A DNA stretch of 64,000 nucleotides, taken from positions 2,809 through 66,808 of the forward strand of contig CACOFZ010000006.1 of assembly GCA_902626605.1 (NCBI GenBank), given 5' to 3'. This document shows positions 20,672 to 30,927 of the stretch, piece by piece. This DNA comes from an uncultured PS1 clade bacterium. GTDB lineage: Bacteria > Pseudomonadota > Alphaproteobacteria > MED-G09. Positions within the stretch are counted from its first letter, which is position 1, and the number at the start of each line of letters is the position of its first letter. A program made the position numbers and the translations under genes. Below the pieces are notes generated by a model that saw only the letters and a list, made by a program, of their open reading frames with translations, had not been told where the DNA came from and made no database searches.

Positions 20672-21700
20672 ATGACTATAAATGAAAAGCAGAAACGTTA
20701 CTATGATTGGTTAAATCAAGTAAAAGAAGAAATCATTGATCCTCAATTACCAATCATTGATCCACATCATCATTTATGGAATGGCGATGATCATCTAGCA
20801 GGATCTTTTCCTTACTTAATAAAGCATCTAAATGAGGATACATTTTCAGGTCATAATATTGTTGGAACCATTTTTATGGAGTGTGCAGCAGGCTATTATA
20901 TAGAGGGAGATGAAAAATATAAACCAGTAGGTGAAACTGAGTTTGTTATAAATTTAATCAATGAATCAAAAAATCTAGAAAAAACAACTAATATTATAGG
21001 AATTATTGGTTATGCCGATTTAATGTTAGGCAATGAAGTTAAAGATGTTTTGGATGAACATCTTTTAAAAGGAGAGGGCTTGTTTAAGGGTATTAGACAT
21101 GCTGCAGGATGGGATAAAAATCCAGAAATTCATAATTCTCACAGTAACCCAATAGAAAATATTTATTATAACAAAAGTTTTAGAGAAGGAGCCGAAGAGT
21201 TAATAAAATTAAATTTAACCTTTGATGCATGGCATTATCATCACCAAATTAGAGATTTGAGTAATTTTGCAATAAACTATCCAGAATTAACTATTATTCA
21301 TGATCATTTCGGCGGACCACTTGGTGTCGGTCCTTATGAAGGTAAAAGACAAGAAATTTTTAAAAAATGGAAAGATGATATTTCCTTATTATCTGAGTCA
21401 AAAAATATTTATGCTAAGTTAGGTGGCCTTGCCATGCCAGTAAACGGCTGGAATTTTCATAAACAGGATAAACCTGCCTCATCAGATCAAATAGTAGATA
21501 TGCATCATGAATATTATTTGCATACGATTAATTGTTTTGGGGTTGATAGATGCATGTTTGAAAGTAACTTTCCAGTTGATAAAAGATCTATTTCATATCA
21601 TGTTTTATGGAATGCTTTTAAAAAAATGGTTATAGATTATTCAGCTGAAGATAAAAATAAGCTATTTTTCAAAAATGCAAAAGATGTCTATAGTGTTTAA
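20672..21700 (+). CDS. Amidohydrolase-2 (PF04909-like) metal-dependent hydrolase/decarboxylase, substrate unknown
   Basis: N-terminal DPHHHLW metal-binding motif and TIM-barrel-type spacing of later His/Asp residues. The start is set at the ATG at 20672 (MTINEKQ...), because the track start at 20639 overlaps the terminator hairpin. Confidence 0.6.
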   Translation: MTINEKQKRYYDWLNQVKEEIIDPQLPIIDPHHHLWNGDDHLAGSFPYLIKHLNEDTFSGHNIVGTIFMECAAGYYIEGDEKYKPVGETEFVINLINESKNLEKTTNIIGIIGYADLMLGNEVKDVLDEHLLKGEGLFKGIRHAAGWDKNPEIHNSHSNPIENIYYNKSFREGAEELIKLNLTFDAWHYHHQIRDLSNFAINYPELTIIHDHFGGPLGVGPYEGKRQEIFKKWKDDISLLSESKNIYAKLGGLAMPVNGWNFHKQDKPASSDQIVDMHHEYYLHTINCFGVDRCMFESNFPVDKRSISYHVLWNAFKKMVIDYSAEDKNKLFFKNAKDVYSV

Positions 21701-21703
21701 AAA

Positions 21704-23086
21704 TTATCTTCTTCCCTCAATATAATCATTTATAACTTCATGATATCTTCTTACTCTACTTTCTTGTCTACTTAATATAGCATCATCAAATCCTCTTGAC
21801 TTCAAACCTCTTTGCTGACCAACAGCCATACTTATATCCTGGTCAGCCACAAAACCCATACTTCCCTCAGGATAAGTTACCCACTCATGCTCTGCTGGTG
21901 CCAATGGTCTAGGGCCAACAGGTGTTTCAGCCATTCCACTATCCGCAGTTTGTTCAGTTGAGTCAGAACCAGTAAATGTTGATGAGGCTGATAAGCGATC
22001 CATTTTAGGAACCATAAACCAATGCTCGAAATGACATTTTTCTGGATCGGTAGGATGAGGTTGCGGTCTTAATAATTGAAAACCGTCAGGTGTCATAGTT
22101 AGGGTAAAGTTAGGAAAGCAAGTATAATGATAATAGTCAGTTAATTGCTCATCGGTAAGGTATTCATAATGCCAAAAACCCCTATCTTTAGCTAGCTTCT
22201 TTTTTTGTGATTGTATTGCTTCTCTGGTGTTTTGGGCATTTCCTTGAAAATCATTTGGATTCAAATCCCATGCTTTTAGTGCTTCATCAAGCGGAAAGTT
22301 TACTAAGTCAGGATTTTGACCATCTTTTGCTGGAAGATGACCTGGCATTAACATTCTATTATGACCATTTTCATACATATCAAATTGTGAATATTTATAG
22401 GAATTTTCAATATGAACCTCAAGCTCTGGATGAAGTGTTGGAAGATGGTATGACTCATTAAAATTATCATGAATAACCTTCCAATTACAATTAACCTCAG
22501 CGGTCAAATTTAATACTCTTATAAATTTTTCACCTTGGTATGGTTTTAAATGTTCTAAAATTGGTGATAGAGCATCTTCAAAAGGTTGAGGCTTTTCTTT
22601 TAAATTTATCCATACAAACCCTAAATCAGTCCTGCAGTGAACCTCTTTTAGTTTGACTCTATCGCATGGGTTACCGCCATCAAAATCATCAGGATCTTGT
22701 GCAAATTTTAATTCGCCTGAGCCATTAAACTCCCAGCCATGATAAGTACATTTAAAAGAATTTAAGGAACCATTTTCAACGTGAACTAAAATATTTCCTC
22801 GATGAGGACAGACATTATAAAAGGCTTTTACAGACATATCCTCTTGGCGAATAACAATTATTTCTTCGTGTCTTATTTTATAAACAAAAAAATCGTTAGG
22901 TTCAGGTATATCTGAAGCCCATCCGGCAATTTGCCAAACTTGCGTCCAAACATACTCCCACTCCTTTTCCATAAAATCATGTGAATAATATCTGTCACCA
23001 GATATTTTATCACCTCTTAGGATAGGATCATTATTCTTTTCTCTGGGCGTTGATTTACTTGCAAATTTATTCAAAATTTTCCCCAA
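21704..23086 (-). CDS. Rieske [2Fe-2S] non-heme-iron oxygenase alpha subunit (GbcA/CntA/Stc2-like stand-alone oxygenase)
   Basis: Rieske motif CPHRGNILV...(17)...CTYHGWEF and mononuclear Fe site DNFNESYHLPTLH; 460 aa. No beta subunit or reductase is adjacent. Confidence 0.8.
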   Translation of the reverse strand: MGKILNKFASKSTPREKNNDPILRGDKISGDRYYSHDFMEKEWEYVWTQVWQIAGWASDIPEPNDFFVYKIRHEEIIVIRQEDMSVKAFYNVCPHRGNILVHVENGSLNSFKCTYHGWEFNGSGELKFAQDPDDFDGGNPCDRVKLKEVHCRTDLGFVWINLKEKPQPFEDALSPILEHLKPYQGEKFIRVLNLTAEVNCNWKVIHDNFNESYHLPTLHPELEVHIENSYKYSQFDMYENGHNRMLMPGHLPAKDGQNPDLVNFPLDEALKAWDLNPNDFQGNAQNTREAIQSQKKKLAKDRGFWHYEYLTDEQLTDYYHYTCFPNFTLTMTPDGFQLLRPQPHPTDPEKCHFEHWFMVPKMDRLSASSTFTGSDSTEQTADSGMAETPVGPRPLAPAEHEWVTYPEGSMGFVADQDISMAVGQQRGLKSRGFDDAILSRQESRVRRYHEVINDYIEGRR

Positions 23087-23254
23087 TCTAGATATAAACT
23101 ATAATATAAGTTTTAAATCACATTAAAACAATTTAATTAAATATTTTAATTTTTTGTATCTTCTAATATAATAATCCAATAGATTATTAAATTACAAATA
23201 ATAAAAAATTTAGTTTAATTTTTTTTTATAAACTACTGTTTTAATGGAAAAAAT

Positions 23255-24130
23255 ATGTTCAAAGGATCAATAGTTGCTATAGTTACACCTTTTAAAAATG
23301 GTAAGATAGATGAAACTGCATTAAGAAATCTTATTAATTGGCATATTGATGAAGGAACCCATGGTATAGTTCCTGTTGGAACAACTGGTGAAAGTCCCAC
23401 TTTAGATCATAATGAACATAAGGAAGTTGTTGAGATTGTAATTGATCAGGTTAATGGACGAGTTCCTGTCATTGCTGGCGCAGGATCCAATTCGACTGCA
23501 GAAGCAATAAGTTTACTTATGCATGCTGAAGCTGTTGGAGCAGACGCTGCTTTAGTTGTAACACCTTATTATAACAAGCCTACACAGGAAGGTTTATTTG
23601 AACACTTTAAGGCAATTAATAATGCATCCATGGGTATTCCAATAATGATTTATAATATACCTCCGAGATCAGTAATAGATATGTCTGTAGAAGTTATGGC
23701 AGAACTATCAAATCTTGAAAATATTATTGGTGTAAAAGATGCAACAAGCGACCTTTCAAGAGTTGAAAAGCAAAAAATTCAATGCAGGGATGGTTTTTTG
23801 CAATTCTCTGGAGAAGATATCACGGCTTTTGAATTTATGAAAAATGGAGGTAATGGTTGTATTTCTGTAACTGCGAATGTTCTTCCAAAACTTTGTTCTG
23901 AATTTCAAAATTTATGTATTGAGGGTAATTATGATGAAGCTTTAAAAATTCATAAAAAACTCGAACCGATGCACAATGCATTATTTATAGAGACCAGCCC
24001 ATCACCAGTTAAATATGTTTTATCCAAAATAGGTAGAATTAATGATGAATTAAGACTTCCTTTGGTAAACATAAGGCAGGAAACTAGAGAGATATTAGAT
24101 AAAGTTATTTCTGATTTGGATTTAATCTGA
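23255..24130 (+). CDS. dapA: 4-hydroxy-tetrahydrodipicolinate synthase
   Basis: VPVGTTGES motif and DapA/NAL-family TIM barrel; 291 aa. Confidence 0.85.
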   Translation: MFKGSIVAIVTPFKNGKIDETALRNLINWHIDEGTHGIVPVGTTGESPTLDHNEHKEVVEIVIDQVNGRVPVIAGAGSNSTAEAISLLMHAEAVGADAALVVTPYYNKPTQEGLFEHFKAINNASMGIPIMIYNIPPRSVIDMSVEVMAELSNLENIIGVKDATSDLSRVEKQKIQCRDGFLQFSGEDITAFEFMKNGGNGCISVTANVLPKLCSEFQNLCIEGNYDEALKIHKKLEPMHNALFIETSPSPVKYVLSKIGRINDELRLPLVNIRQETREILDKVISDLDLI

Positions 24131-24621
24131 TGTCATCTAAATCAGGTGGATCAAAGAGAAATATAAAAGGAGAAAAAGTAATAGCTGATAATAGAAAAGC
24201 TAATTACCTATTTTCAATTGAAGAAATTTATGAAGCTGGCTTAGTATTAGTTGGGTCCGAAGTAAAAAGCCTTAGATTAAATAAAGTAAACATTTCTGAA
24301 TCCTATGCATCTGAAGAGGAGGGGGAGATTTTTTTAATAAACTCAAATATTCCTTCTTATAAAAATGCAAAATTTACAAACCATAAACCAAAAAGAAAAA
24401 GAAAATTATTACTTAATTCTAGGGAAATCAATAAGTTAAAAAATGCTTCTCAAAAAAAAGGAATGACAATAATCCCACTTAAACTTTTTTTTAATGAAAA
24501 AGGCATTGCTAAATTATCAATTGGTATTGGTAAAGGAAAAAAACTTCACGACAAAAGACAAGATCAAAAAAGAAAAGACTGGGATAAACAAAAATCAAGA
24601 CTTCTTAAAAATAATCATTAA
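24130..24621 (+). CDS. smpB: SsrA-binding protein
   Basis: YEAGLVLVGSEVKSLR core and a basic C-terminal tail; 163 aa. Confidence 0.85.
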   Translation: MSSKSGGSKRNIKGEKVIADNRKANYLFSIEEIYEAGLVLVGSEVKSLRLNKVNISESYASEEEGEIFLINSNIPSYKNAKFTNHKPKRKRKLLLNSREINKLKNASQKKGMTIIPLKLFFNEKGIAKLSIGIGKGKKLHDKRQDQKRKDWDKQKSRLLKNNH

Positions 24622-25250
24622 TTCAATATAATTTTATTTGCTTCTATGAAAATTTTATCAAACATACTTTGGGTTAATCTTTTTGTATTTATATTATATC
24701 TTGAGCAATGATAGCTATCTAAAAGTTTTATTTTTTTTGACAAATTATGTTTATTAGAATGACCGAATTTGTAATCCTTTTGTTTTAAGTTAAATGTTGA
24801 GATTATACTTTTATGAGATATCAAGCCAAGTGCCACTATAACTTTCAAATTTTTATGAATTGAAATTGTTGATTTTAAAAAATTTTCACAATTTTTAATT
24901 TCATTTGATTTTGGCAGATTTTTTGGAGGAACGCATCTAACAGCATTAGTTATGCTGCAATTTTTTAATTTAAGATTATCTTTTCCATCTTCTTTATAGT
25001 TTCCATCTAAAAAATCATGCTTTTCTAAGGTATGGAATAGAGTTAATCCTGCATGATCTCCTGTAAATGGTCTGCCAGTTTTATTTGCGCCATTAAGACC
25101 AGGGGCAAGTCCTACAATCAAGATCTCAGAATTTTTATTTATAATTGATGGTACTGCTCCATTAAACCATTCAGGATATTTTTTAATATTAATATCACGA
25201 AACCCTTTTAATCTCTCGCACTTGGAGCAATATTTGTCTGGTTCAATCAA
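24618..25250 (-). CDS. udg: Uracil-DNA glycosylase, family 4-like
   Basis: GLAPGLNGANKTGRPFTGDHAG motif (family 4/5 UDG active-site region); 210 aa. Confidence 0.75.
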   Translation of the reverse strand: MIEPDKYCSKCERLKGFRDINIKKYPEWFNGAVPSIINKNSEILIVGLAPGLNGANKTGRPFTGDHAGLTLFHTLEKHDFLDGNYKEDGKDNLKLKNCSITNAVRCVPPKNLPKSNEIKNCENFLKSTISIHKNLKVIVALGLISHKSIISTFNLKQKDYKFGHSNKHNLSKKIKLLDSYHCSRYNINTKRLTQSMFDKIFIEANKIILN

Positions 25251-25375
25251 TATATTTCCTTTTTTGAATTGTTTAAGAATCTTTTTTTAGCTATATTAAT
25301 AGATATTTTAATCTAATGCTTGCATTTATTTAAATCTAAGCATATTTACTAGGTCTAATTTATTGAGGTAAGAAA

Positions 25376-25804
25376 ATGGCTCGCGTAACTGTTGAAGACT
25401 GTGTTGATAAAATTACTAGTAGGTTTGATCTTGTTCTTTTTGCTGCTCATAGAGCACGTGAAATGTCTGAAGGGTCTGAAATACTTGTAGACAGAGATAA
25501 TGATAAAAATCCAATTGTTGCGCTCAGAGAAATAGCAGATGAGAAGCTTGTTCCCTCTGAACTTGAAGAATCAAAAATTTCAAGTTTACAAACTCAAATA
25601 GACGTAGATGAAGCTGATGAAGATTATATTCCTATGGTTCAAGATAATACAAAATCTTCCTCATCTATCATATCCCAAGACCAGTCTGATGAATCGGAGG
25701 AGTCAGAAATAGAGCCTGTTGAAGAAAGAATGAGTGAAGAGGATCTTTTAAAGGCTATGCAAGATAATATGATTGATAAAAAAAATAATAGAAGATCTTA
25801 TTAA
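25376..25804 (+). CDS. rpoZ: DNA-directed RNA polymerase subunit omega
   Basis: [13 protein letters not shown]...[14 protein letters not shown]-terminus, acidic C-terminal tail, and the conserved rpoZ-spoT arrangement. Confidence 0.85.
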   Translation: MARVTVEDCVDKITSRFDLVLFAAHRAREMSEGSEILVDRDNDKNPIVALREIADEKLVPSELEESKISSLQTQIDVDEADEDYIPMVQDNTKSSSSIISQDQSDESEESEIEPVEERMSEEDLLKAMQDNMIDKKNNRRSY

Positions 25805-25818
25805 TGATTGGGTAGCTT

Positions 25819-27930
25819 ATGAGTCAATCCCAATTAGTTGACCGTATTTTAAATAACAAACCTGAACCAGATAAGGCAATTTTGAACAAAGCTTATATCT
25901 TTGGAACAAAAATGCACGGAAGACAATTAAGAGCTTCAGGAGATCCATATTTTTCCCATCCAATTGAAGTAGCTGGAATTCTCTCAGATTTAAAACTTGA
26001 TACAACATCCGTGGTATGTGCCTTGCTTCATGATACGATTGAAGATACCAATGCTACTATCGAAGATATCGAGGAAAATTTTGGAAAGGAGGTTGCTAAA
26101 CTTGTAGATGGTGTAACGAAATTAACTTTGTTAGAGGGAAAGCCTGGAAGTACAAAACAAGCAGAGAATTTTAGAAAATTATTGCTCGCAAGTGCCAGTG
26201 ATATAAGGATTTTATTAATTAAATTAGCAGATCGACTTCATAACATGAGGACACTTCATTTTATAAAAGATCAAAAGAAAAGAAAACGAATTTCAATAGA
26301 AACCTTAGAGATTTATGCCCCTTTGGCAGGAAGAATTGGAATGCAAGAGCTTAAGGAGGAGCTAGAAGATCTCTCGTTTACTTTTATAGAACCCAAAATT
26401 AGAGACATCTTAATTGAAAGATTAAAATCCTCAAAAAAGAAAAAAAGTAAAATAGTTCAATTTACAAAAAAAGAATTAGAGAAAGTATTGAAAAAAAATA
26501 AAATTAAAAGTTCTGTTTTTGGAAGAGAAAAAAAGCCTTATTCAATATGGAAAAAACTCGAAGTTCAGCATAAATCTCTTGAACAACTATCAGATATTTT
26601 TGGTTTTAGAGTTTGTGTTGACTCTATATCCGAGTGTTATCAAGTATTAGGTATTTTACATGGCGAATGGCAGGCAATACCAGGTAAATTCAAAGATTAT
26701 ATTTCGACACCAAAAAAAAATGGTTATCAATCTCTTCATACAACATTAATGGGACCACAAAATCAGAGAGTTGAAGTTCAAATAAGAACAGAAAAAATGA
26801 ATGAGCTAGCTGAGAGAGGACTAGCTGCACATTGGATTTATAAAGATACTGAAGAAGTTGAGCGTGACTATCTATCCTCTATCGAATGGATAAATGATCT
26901 TGTTGATATTTTAAATCGTGATGGAGCAACAGAGGAGTTTTTGGAAAATACAAAACTAGAGCTTTTCTTGGATCAAATTTATGCATTCACTCCCAAGGGC
27001 ACTTTAGTAGCGCTTCCAAGAAATGCAACGGCCCTAGATTTTGCATATGCTGTTCACACAGAGCTTGGTAATTTTTGTGGCAGCGTAAAAATAAATGGCA
27101 TTGATAAACCAAGAAGAACTATATTGCAAAATGGTGATGAGGTAGAGATTTTGAAATCGAAAATACCAGTAGCCCTGGAGTCTCTTCAGGAGTTTGTTAA
27201 AACAGGTAAAGCTAAATCTGCCATTATTAGATCGATAAAAGAAAAGAAATCACATAATCAGAGGCTTTTGGGTAAGGCAATTATAAAAAGTGTTTTTTCT
27301 TCTCATAGAAAAAAACCTACAAGGGATATTCTTGAACGTTCCTTTGGTGCACTTCAAGTTAATTCATTAAAATCATTATATGAGCTAGTAGGTGAAGGTA
27401 CCTCATCGGGCTCTCAAGTCTATGACCTAGTGTTCCCAAATAACAAAAGAAAGAAAAGGAAAAAGAATTATGTTGAAAAAAACATTTCTATTCCTGTTCA
27501 AGGTCTTCTCTCTGATATGCCAGCTCAGTTTGCCGAAAATAGTTTTTTAGTTCCAGGTGATAAGATTGTTGGAATAGTTTCACCGGAAAAGGGAATAACA
27601 ATTTTTTCCGTTGATAGTAATGAATTAACTAATTTCGAAAAATCACCAGAGTCATGGATTAAGCTTCAATGGAAAAAGGATATAGATTTTACTTTTACAT
27701 CTAGAATAAAAATTACCATTATTAATGAGGTTGGAGTATTAAATTCAATTACCTCAACCATTGCTGATTATGGAGGAAATATTAATAATTTAATTTTAAA
27801 TGAGAAGGATAATGATTTTTATAACTTGATTATCGATATAAATGTTAATGATAACAGACATATTAGTGATATAGTTAAAAGCCTTGAAGGATTGCCCGTT
27901 GTTGAAGCCGTTATTAGGTTTATAGGTTAA
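25819..27930 (+). CDS. spoT: Bifunctional (p)ppGpp synthetase/hydrolase
   Basis: HD hydrolase domain (HDTIEDT), synthetase domain, TGS and ACT regions; 703 aa. Confidence 0.9.
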   Translation: MSQSQLVDRILNNKPEPDKAILNKAYIFGTKMHGRQLRASGDPYFSHPIEVAGILSDLKLDTTSVVCALLHDTIEDTNATIEDIEENFGKEVAKLVDGVTKLTLLEGKPGSTKQAENFRKLLLASASDIRILLIKLADRLHNMRTLHFIKDQKKRKRISIETLEIYAPLAGRIGMQELKEELEDLSFTFIEPKIRDILIERLKSSKKKKSKIVQFTKKELEKVLKKNKIKSSVFGREKKPYSIWKKLEVQHKSLEQLSDIFGFRVCVDSISECYQVLGILHGEWQAIPGKFKDYISTPKKNGYQSLHTTLMGPQNQRVEVQIRTEKMNELAERGLAAHWIYKDTEEVERDYLSSIEWINDLVDILNRDGATEEFLENTKLELFLDQIYAFTPKGTLVALPRNATALDFAYAVHTELGNFCGSVKINGIDKPRRTILQNGDEVEILKSKIPVALESLQEFVKTGKAKSAIIRSIKEKKSHNQRLLGKAIIKSVFSSHRKKPTRDILERSFGALQVNSLKSLYELVGEGTSSGSQVYDLVFPNNKRKKRKKNYVEKNISIPVQGLLSDMPAQFAENSFLVPGDKIVGIVSPEKGITIFSVDSNELTNFEKSPESWIKLQWKKDIDFTFTSRIKITIINEVGVLNSITSTIADYGGNINNLILNEKDNDFYNLIIDINVNDNRHISDIVKSLEGLPVVEAVIRFIG

Positions 27931-27935
27931 CTGTT

Positions 27936-28520
27936 ATGAATAAAGATGATGTTATTAGAGAGTTTAAGGAAGCAGGGGCCCTTCTTGAAGGACATTTTAT
28001 CTTGTCCTCTGGTTTACATTCATCTAGATACTTGCAATGCGCATTGGCTCTCTCTGAACCTTCGAGAGCTCAAAGACTATCAGAGTCCCTAGGTAAAAAA
28101 ATTCTAGAAAATATCAGCACAAAAATTGATATAGTTGTTTCACCTGCAATGGGTGGCTTAATTATAGGACATGAAATTGCTAGATTCTTAGATGTTCCAT
28201 CAATCTTTTTAGAACGGGTAAATGGCAAATTTGAATTAAGAAGAGGTTTTACTATTAAACCAGATTTAAACTGTCTCTTAGTTGAGGATATTGTTACTAC
28301 TGGATTATCATCGAATGAGAGTATTGAAGTTATAAAAAGATATGGAGGAAATATTATTGGGGAGGCTTGTTTAATTGATAGGTCTTCTGGAAAAGCAAAT
28401 TTAGAGACTAAATTAATTTCTTTAACATCAATTGATATACCAACATTTCATAAAGACGAAATACCTGAAAGTTTAAAAGATATTCCAGCAATTAAACCTG
28501 GAAGCAGAAATATTTCTTAA
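27936..28520 (+). CDS. pyrE: Orotate phosphoribosyltransferase
   Basis: PRPP-binding LVEDIVTTGLSS motif; 194 aa. Confidence 0.8.
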   Translation: MNKDDVIREFKEAGALLEGHFILSSGLHSSRYLQCALALSEPSRAQRLSESLGKKILENISTKIDIVVSPAMGGLIIGHEIARFLDVPSIFLERVNGKFELRRGFTIKPDLNCLLVEDIVTTGLSSNESIEVIKRYGGNIIGEACLIDRSSGKANLETKLISLTSIDIPTFHKDEIPESLKDIPAIKPGSRNIS

Positions 28521-28996
28521 TGTTTAAAAGAAAAAATCCCTTAAATATTTATTCCAAAATAAGAATATATCTTTGGCCCGAAAAAGGCCTTCTTAGAAAC
28601 TTTTCATATTATTGGAAAAGATTAATTCGTATACCCGATACCTCATATTCTATTTCTATGGGTTTCTCTATAGGTTTTTTTATTGCATTTACTCCATTTT
28701 TTGGACTTCACTTTATAATTTCAGCAATTATATCTTGGTTATTAAAGGTTAATATATTTTCAAGTATTATAGGAAATTTTTTCGCAAGCTTTATATCTTA
28801 TCCGTTAATGGCCTTTGGAATGTTATTTATCTCGAACGAGAGTAATGTTGAAGGGTGGTTTAATTATTTTGTTTACTTTGCTAAAAATACATTTCCTGTT
28901 TTTTCAGGAATTTTGATTATTGGTCTAATTTTATCCTTAATTTGTTATTTCTTAATAAATTATGTTATTGAAGTTTTTAAAAAAAAAGTTAATTAG
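28520..28996 (+). CDS. DUF2062-like small membrane protein
   Basis: 158 aa with 3-4 TM helices. Positioned upstream of pdxJ, as is common in alphaproteobacteria. Confidence 0.5.
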   Translation: MFKRKNPLNIYSKIRIYLWPEKGLLRNFSYYWKRLIRIPDTSYSISMGFSIGFFIAFTPFFGLHFIISAIISWLLKVNIFSSIIGNFFASFISYPLMAFGMLFISNESNVEGWFNYFVYFAKNTFPVFSGILIIGLILSLICYFLINYVIEVFKKKVN

Positions 28997-29006
28997 AGGT
29001 AAGTTA

Positions 29007-29771
29007 TTGAAAAATAGTTTAAAAAAAGACATTAGACTTGGAGTTAATATTGATCATGTTGCTACTTTAAGAAATGCAAGAAAGGAAAATTTTCCAAGCC
29101 CTATTAAAGCTGCAGAATTAGCTCTTCAATCAGGAGCAGATAGTATCACCGCTCACTTAAGAGAGGACAGAAGACATATTAATGATAATGATATTGAAGA
29201 GATTTCTTTTAATTTTCCTGGAAAATTGAATTTAGAAATGGCTGCAACTGAAGAAATGTTAACTATTGCACAGAAAATAAAACCCTTTTCTTGTTGTATT
29301 GTTCCAGAAAAAAGAGAGGAGGTTACCACTGAAGGAGGTTTAGACGTATTAAATAATTATAAAAAATTAGAACCAATGATTGAAAAACTAAAACATGCCG
29401 GTGTTAGAACAACTCTTTTTATTGATCCAGACGATTCTCAGTTGGATTCATGTTATAATCTTCAAATAGATTGTGCAGAGATCCATACTGGATCATTATG
29501 CAGGCACTATGAAAAAATGGATAATAAGTTCGATTTTGAATTTAAAAAAATAAGAAGCTTTTCAGAAAAACTTTTTTCTAACGGTATTGAGGCTCATGCT
29601 GGGCATGGATTAAATTATGAAACTACAAAAATAGTAAGTACAGTAAATGAAATAAAAGAATTAAATATTGGCTTTTTTATTATTGCAGAGTCAATTTTCC
29701 ATGGATTAGAAAAAAGTATAATTAACATAAAAGAAGCTATGATCGAAGGTAGATCTCTTAGGGAAAAATGA
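29007..29771 (+). CDS. pdxJ: Pyridoxine 5'-phosphate synthase
   Basis: LGVNIDHVATLRNAR N-terminal motif. The likely TTG start at 29007 is preceded by AGAGGTAAG; the track ORF begins at 28962, inside the previous gene. Confidence 0.8.
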   Translation: MKNSLKKDIRLGVNIDHVATLRNARKENFPSPIKAAELALQSGADSITAHLREDRRHINDNDIEEISFNFPGKLNLEMAATEEMLTIAQKIKPFSCCIVPEKREEVTTEGGLDVLNNYKKLEPMIEKLKHAGVRTTLFIDPDDSQLDSCYNLQIDCAEIHTGSLCRHYEKMDNKFDFEFKKIRSFSEKLFSNGIEAHAGHGLNYETTKIVSTVNEIKELNIGFFIIAESIFHGLEKSIINIKEAMIEGRSLREK

Positions 29772-30169
29772 TGATAATTGGTCATGGAATTGATTTAATT
29801 GATATAAGAAGAGTAGAGAAAACAATTAATAAGTTTGGCAATAGATTTATTAATAGAATTTTTACCAAGGGTGAAATAATTAGATCAGATAACAGAAATA
29901 AAAGAATAGAGTCTTACGCTAAGAGATTTGCTGCAAAAGAGGCATGTTCAAAAGCACTTGGTACTGGTTTTCGTTCCGGAGTTTATTGGAGAGACATAGA
30001 GGTAGTAAATGAAAAAACTGGAAAGCCTGTATTAAAATTAACTGGTGGTGCTTATAAGAGACTCGAAAAACTTATTCCTTACAACAGTTCCTACAATATT
30101 TCTTTATCCATCACAGATGATTATCCTTGGGCTCAAGCAAATGTTATTATTGAGGTTATTGATAAATGA
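29768..30169 (+). CDS. acpS: Holo-[acyl-carrier-protein] synthase
   Basis: IIGHGIDLIDIRRVEK N-terminus and FAAKEACSKALG motif; 133 aa. Confidence 0.85.
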   Translation: MMIIGHGIDLIDIRRVEKTINKFGNRFINRIFTKGEIIRSDNRNKRIESYAKRFAAKEACSKALGTGFRSGVYWRDIEVVNEKTGKPVLKLTGGAYKRLEKLIPYNSSYNISLSITDDYPWAQANVIIEVIDK

Positions 30170-30927
30170 AAAAGAAAATAGCGCCAAAAAAAAATGAAAA
30201 TTTCTTTCTATCCCTTTTTTGGATTGTTTTAATTGCATTAATTTTTCGTGCATTTTTATTTCAAAGCTATAATATTCCATCAGGTTCAATGCTTAAAAAC
30301 CTTCTTGTTGGCGATTATATTTTTGTATCAAAGTATACTTATGGTTATTCAAAACATTCATTACCATTTAGCATTCCTCTTATTCCAAATAGAATTTTTT
30401 CATCAAAACCTATGAGAGGTGATGTTGTTGTTTTTAAATTACCTAGCGATGGAAAAACTGACTATATTAAAAGGGTAATTGGAATGCCTGGAGATAAAGT
30501 TCAAATTATAAATGGAGAAGTTTATATAAATAATCAAAAATTATTATATAAAGAAATTGGGATATATGAGGATAATAATTTAATAAATAGAAAGAAAAAA
30601 TCCTTAGGTTGTAGGAATGAGAAATTAAAAATAATAAAAGAAACTCTTCCAAATGGAATTAGTTACAATATTTTGGACTCTGAAATTACCTCTTATGCAG
30701 ATAATACAGGTATTTATAATGTTCCCAAAGATCATTTTTTTGTAATGGGTGATAATAGAGATAATTCTCAGGATAGTAGATATATTAAATCAGTGGGCTT
30801 TATTCCTTTCGATAATCTCGTGGGAAGGGCTGAGTTGATCTTTTTTTCATGGAATTGGCGAAAAATTGGTCAAAAAAATTGTAAAACATCAATTGAATGG
30901 GAAAGAATTTTTAAACTTATAAGATGA
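30166..30927 (+). CDS. lepB: Signal peptidase I
   Basis: Catalytic Ser region IPSGSM, Lys region RGDVVVF, GDNRDNSQDSRY box; 253 aa. Confidence 0.85.
   Translation: MKKKIAPKKNENFFLSLFWIVLIALIFRAFLFQSYNIPSGSMLKNLLVGDYIFVSKYTYGYSKHSLPFSIPLIPNRIFSSKPMRGDVVVFKLPSDGKTDYIKRVIGMPGDKVQIINGEVYINNQKLLYKEIGIYEDNNLINRKKKSLGCRNEKLKIIKETLPNGISYNILDSEITSYADNTGIYNVPKDHFFVMGDNRDNSQDSRYIKSVGFIPFDNLVGRAELIFFSWNWRKIGQKNCKTSIEWERIFKLIR

Noticed and set aside
18201-23254. Possible integrated island at tRNA-Ser bounded by a direct repeat of the tRNA 3' end
   Set aside because: I could find no copy of the tRNA 3' segment (…GGTTCGAATCCCACTCTCTCC) or a shorter att-like repeat downstream. I searched the Rieske/dapA spacer and the flanks of the module, and no integrase or recombinase gene is present. 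The tRNA-adjacent position is suggestive only.
24130-25375. tmRNA (ssrA) next to smpB
   Set aside because: No tRNA-Ala-like acceptor/T-arm sequence or resume-codon tag ORF occurs in the flanking spacers. smpB is flanked by dapA (1-nt overlap) and a convergent udg, leaving no non-coding space.
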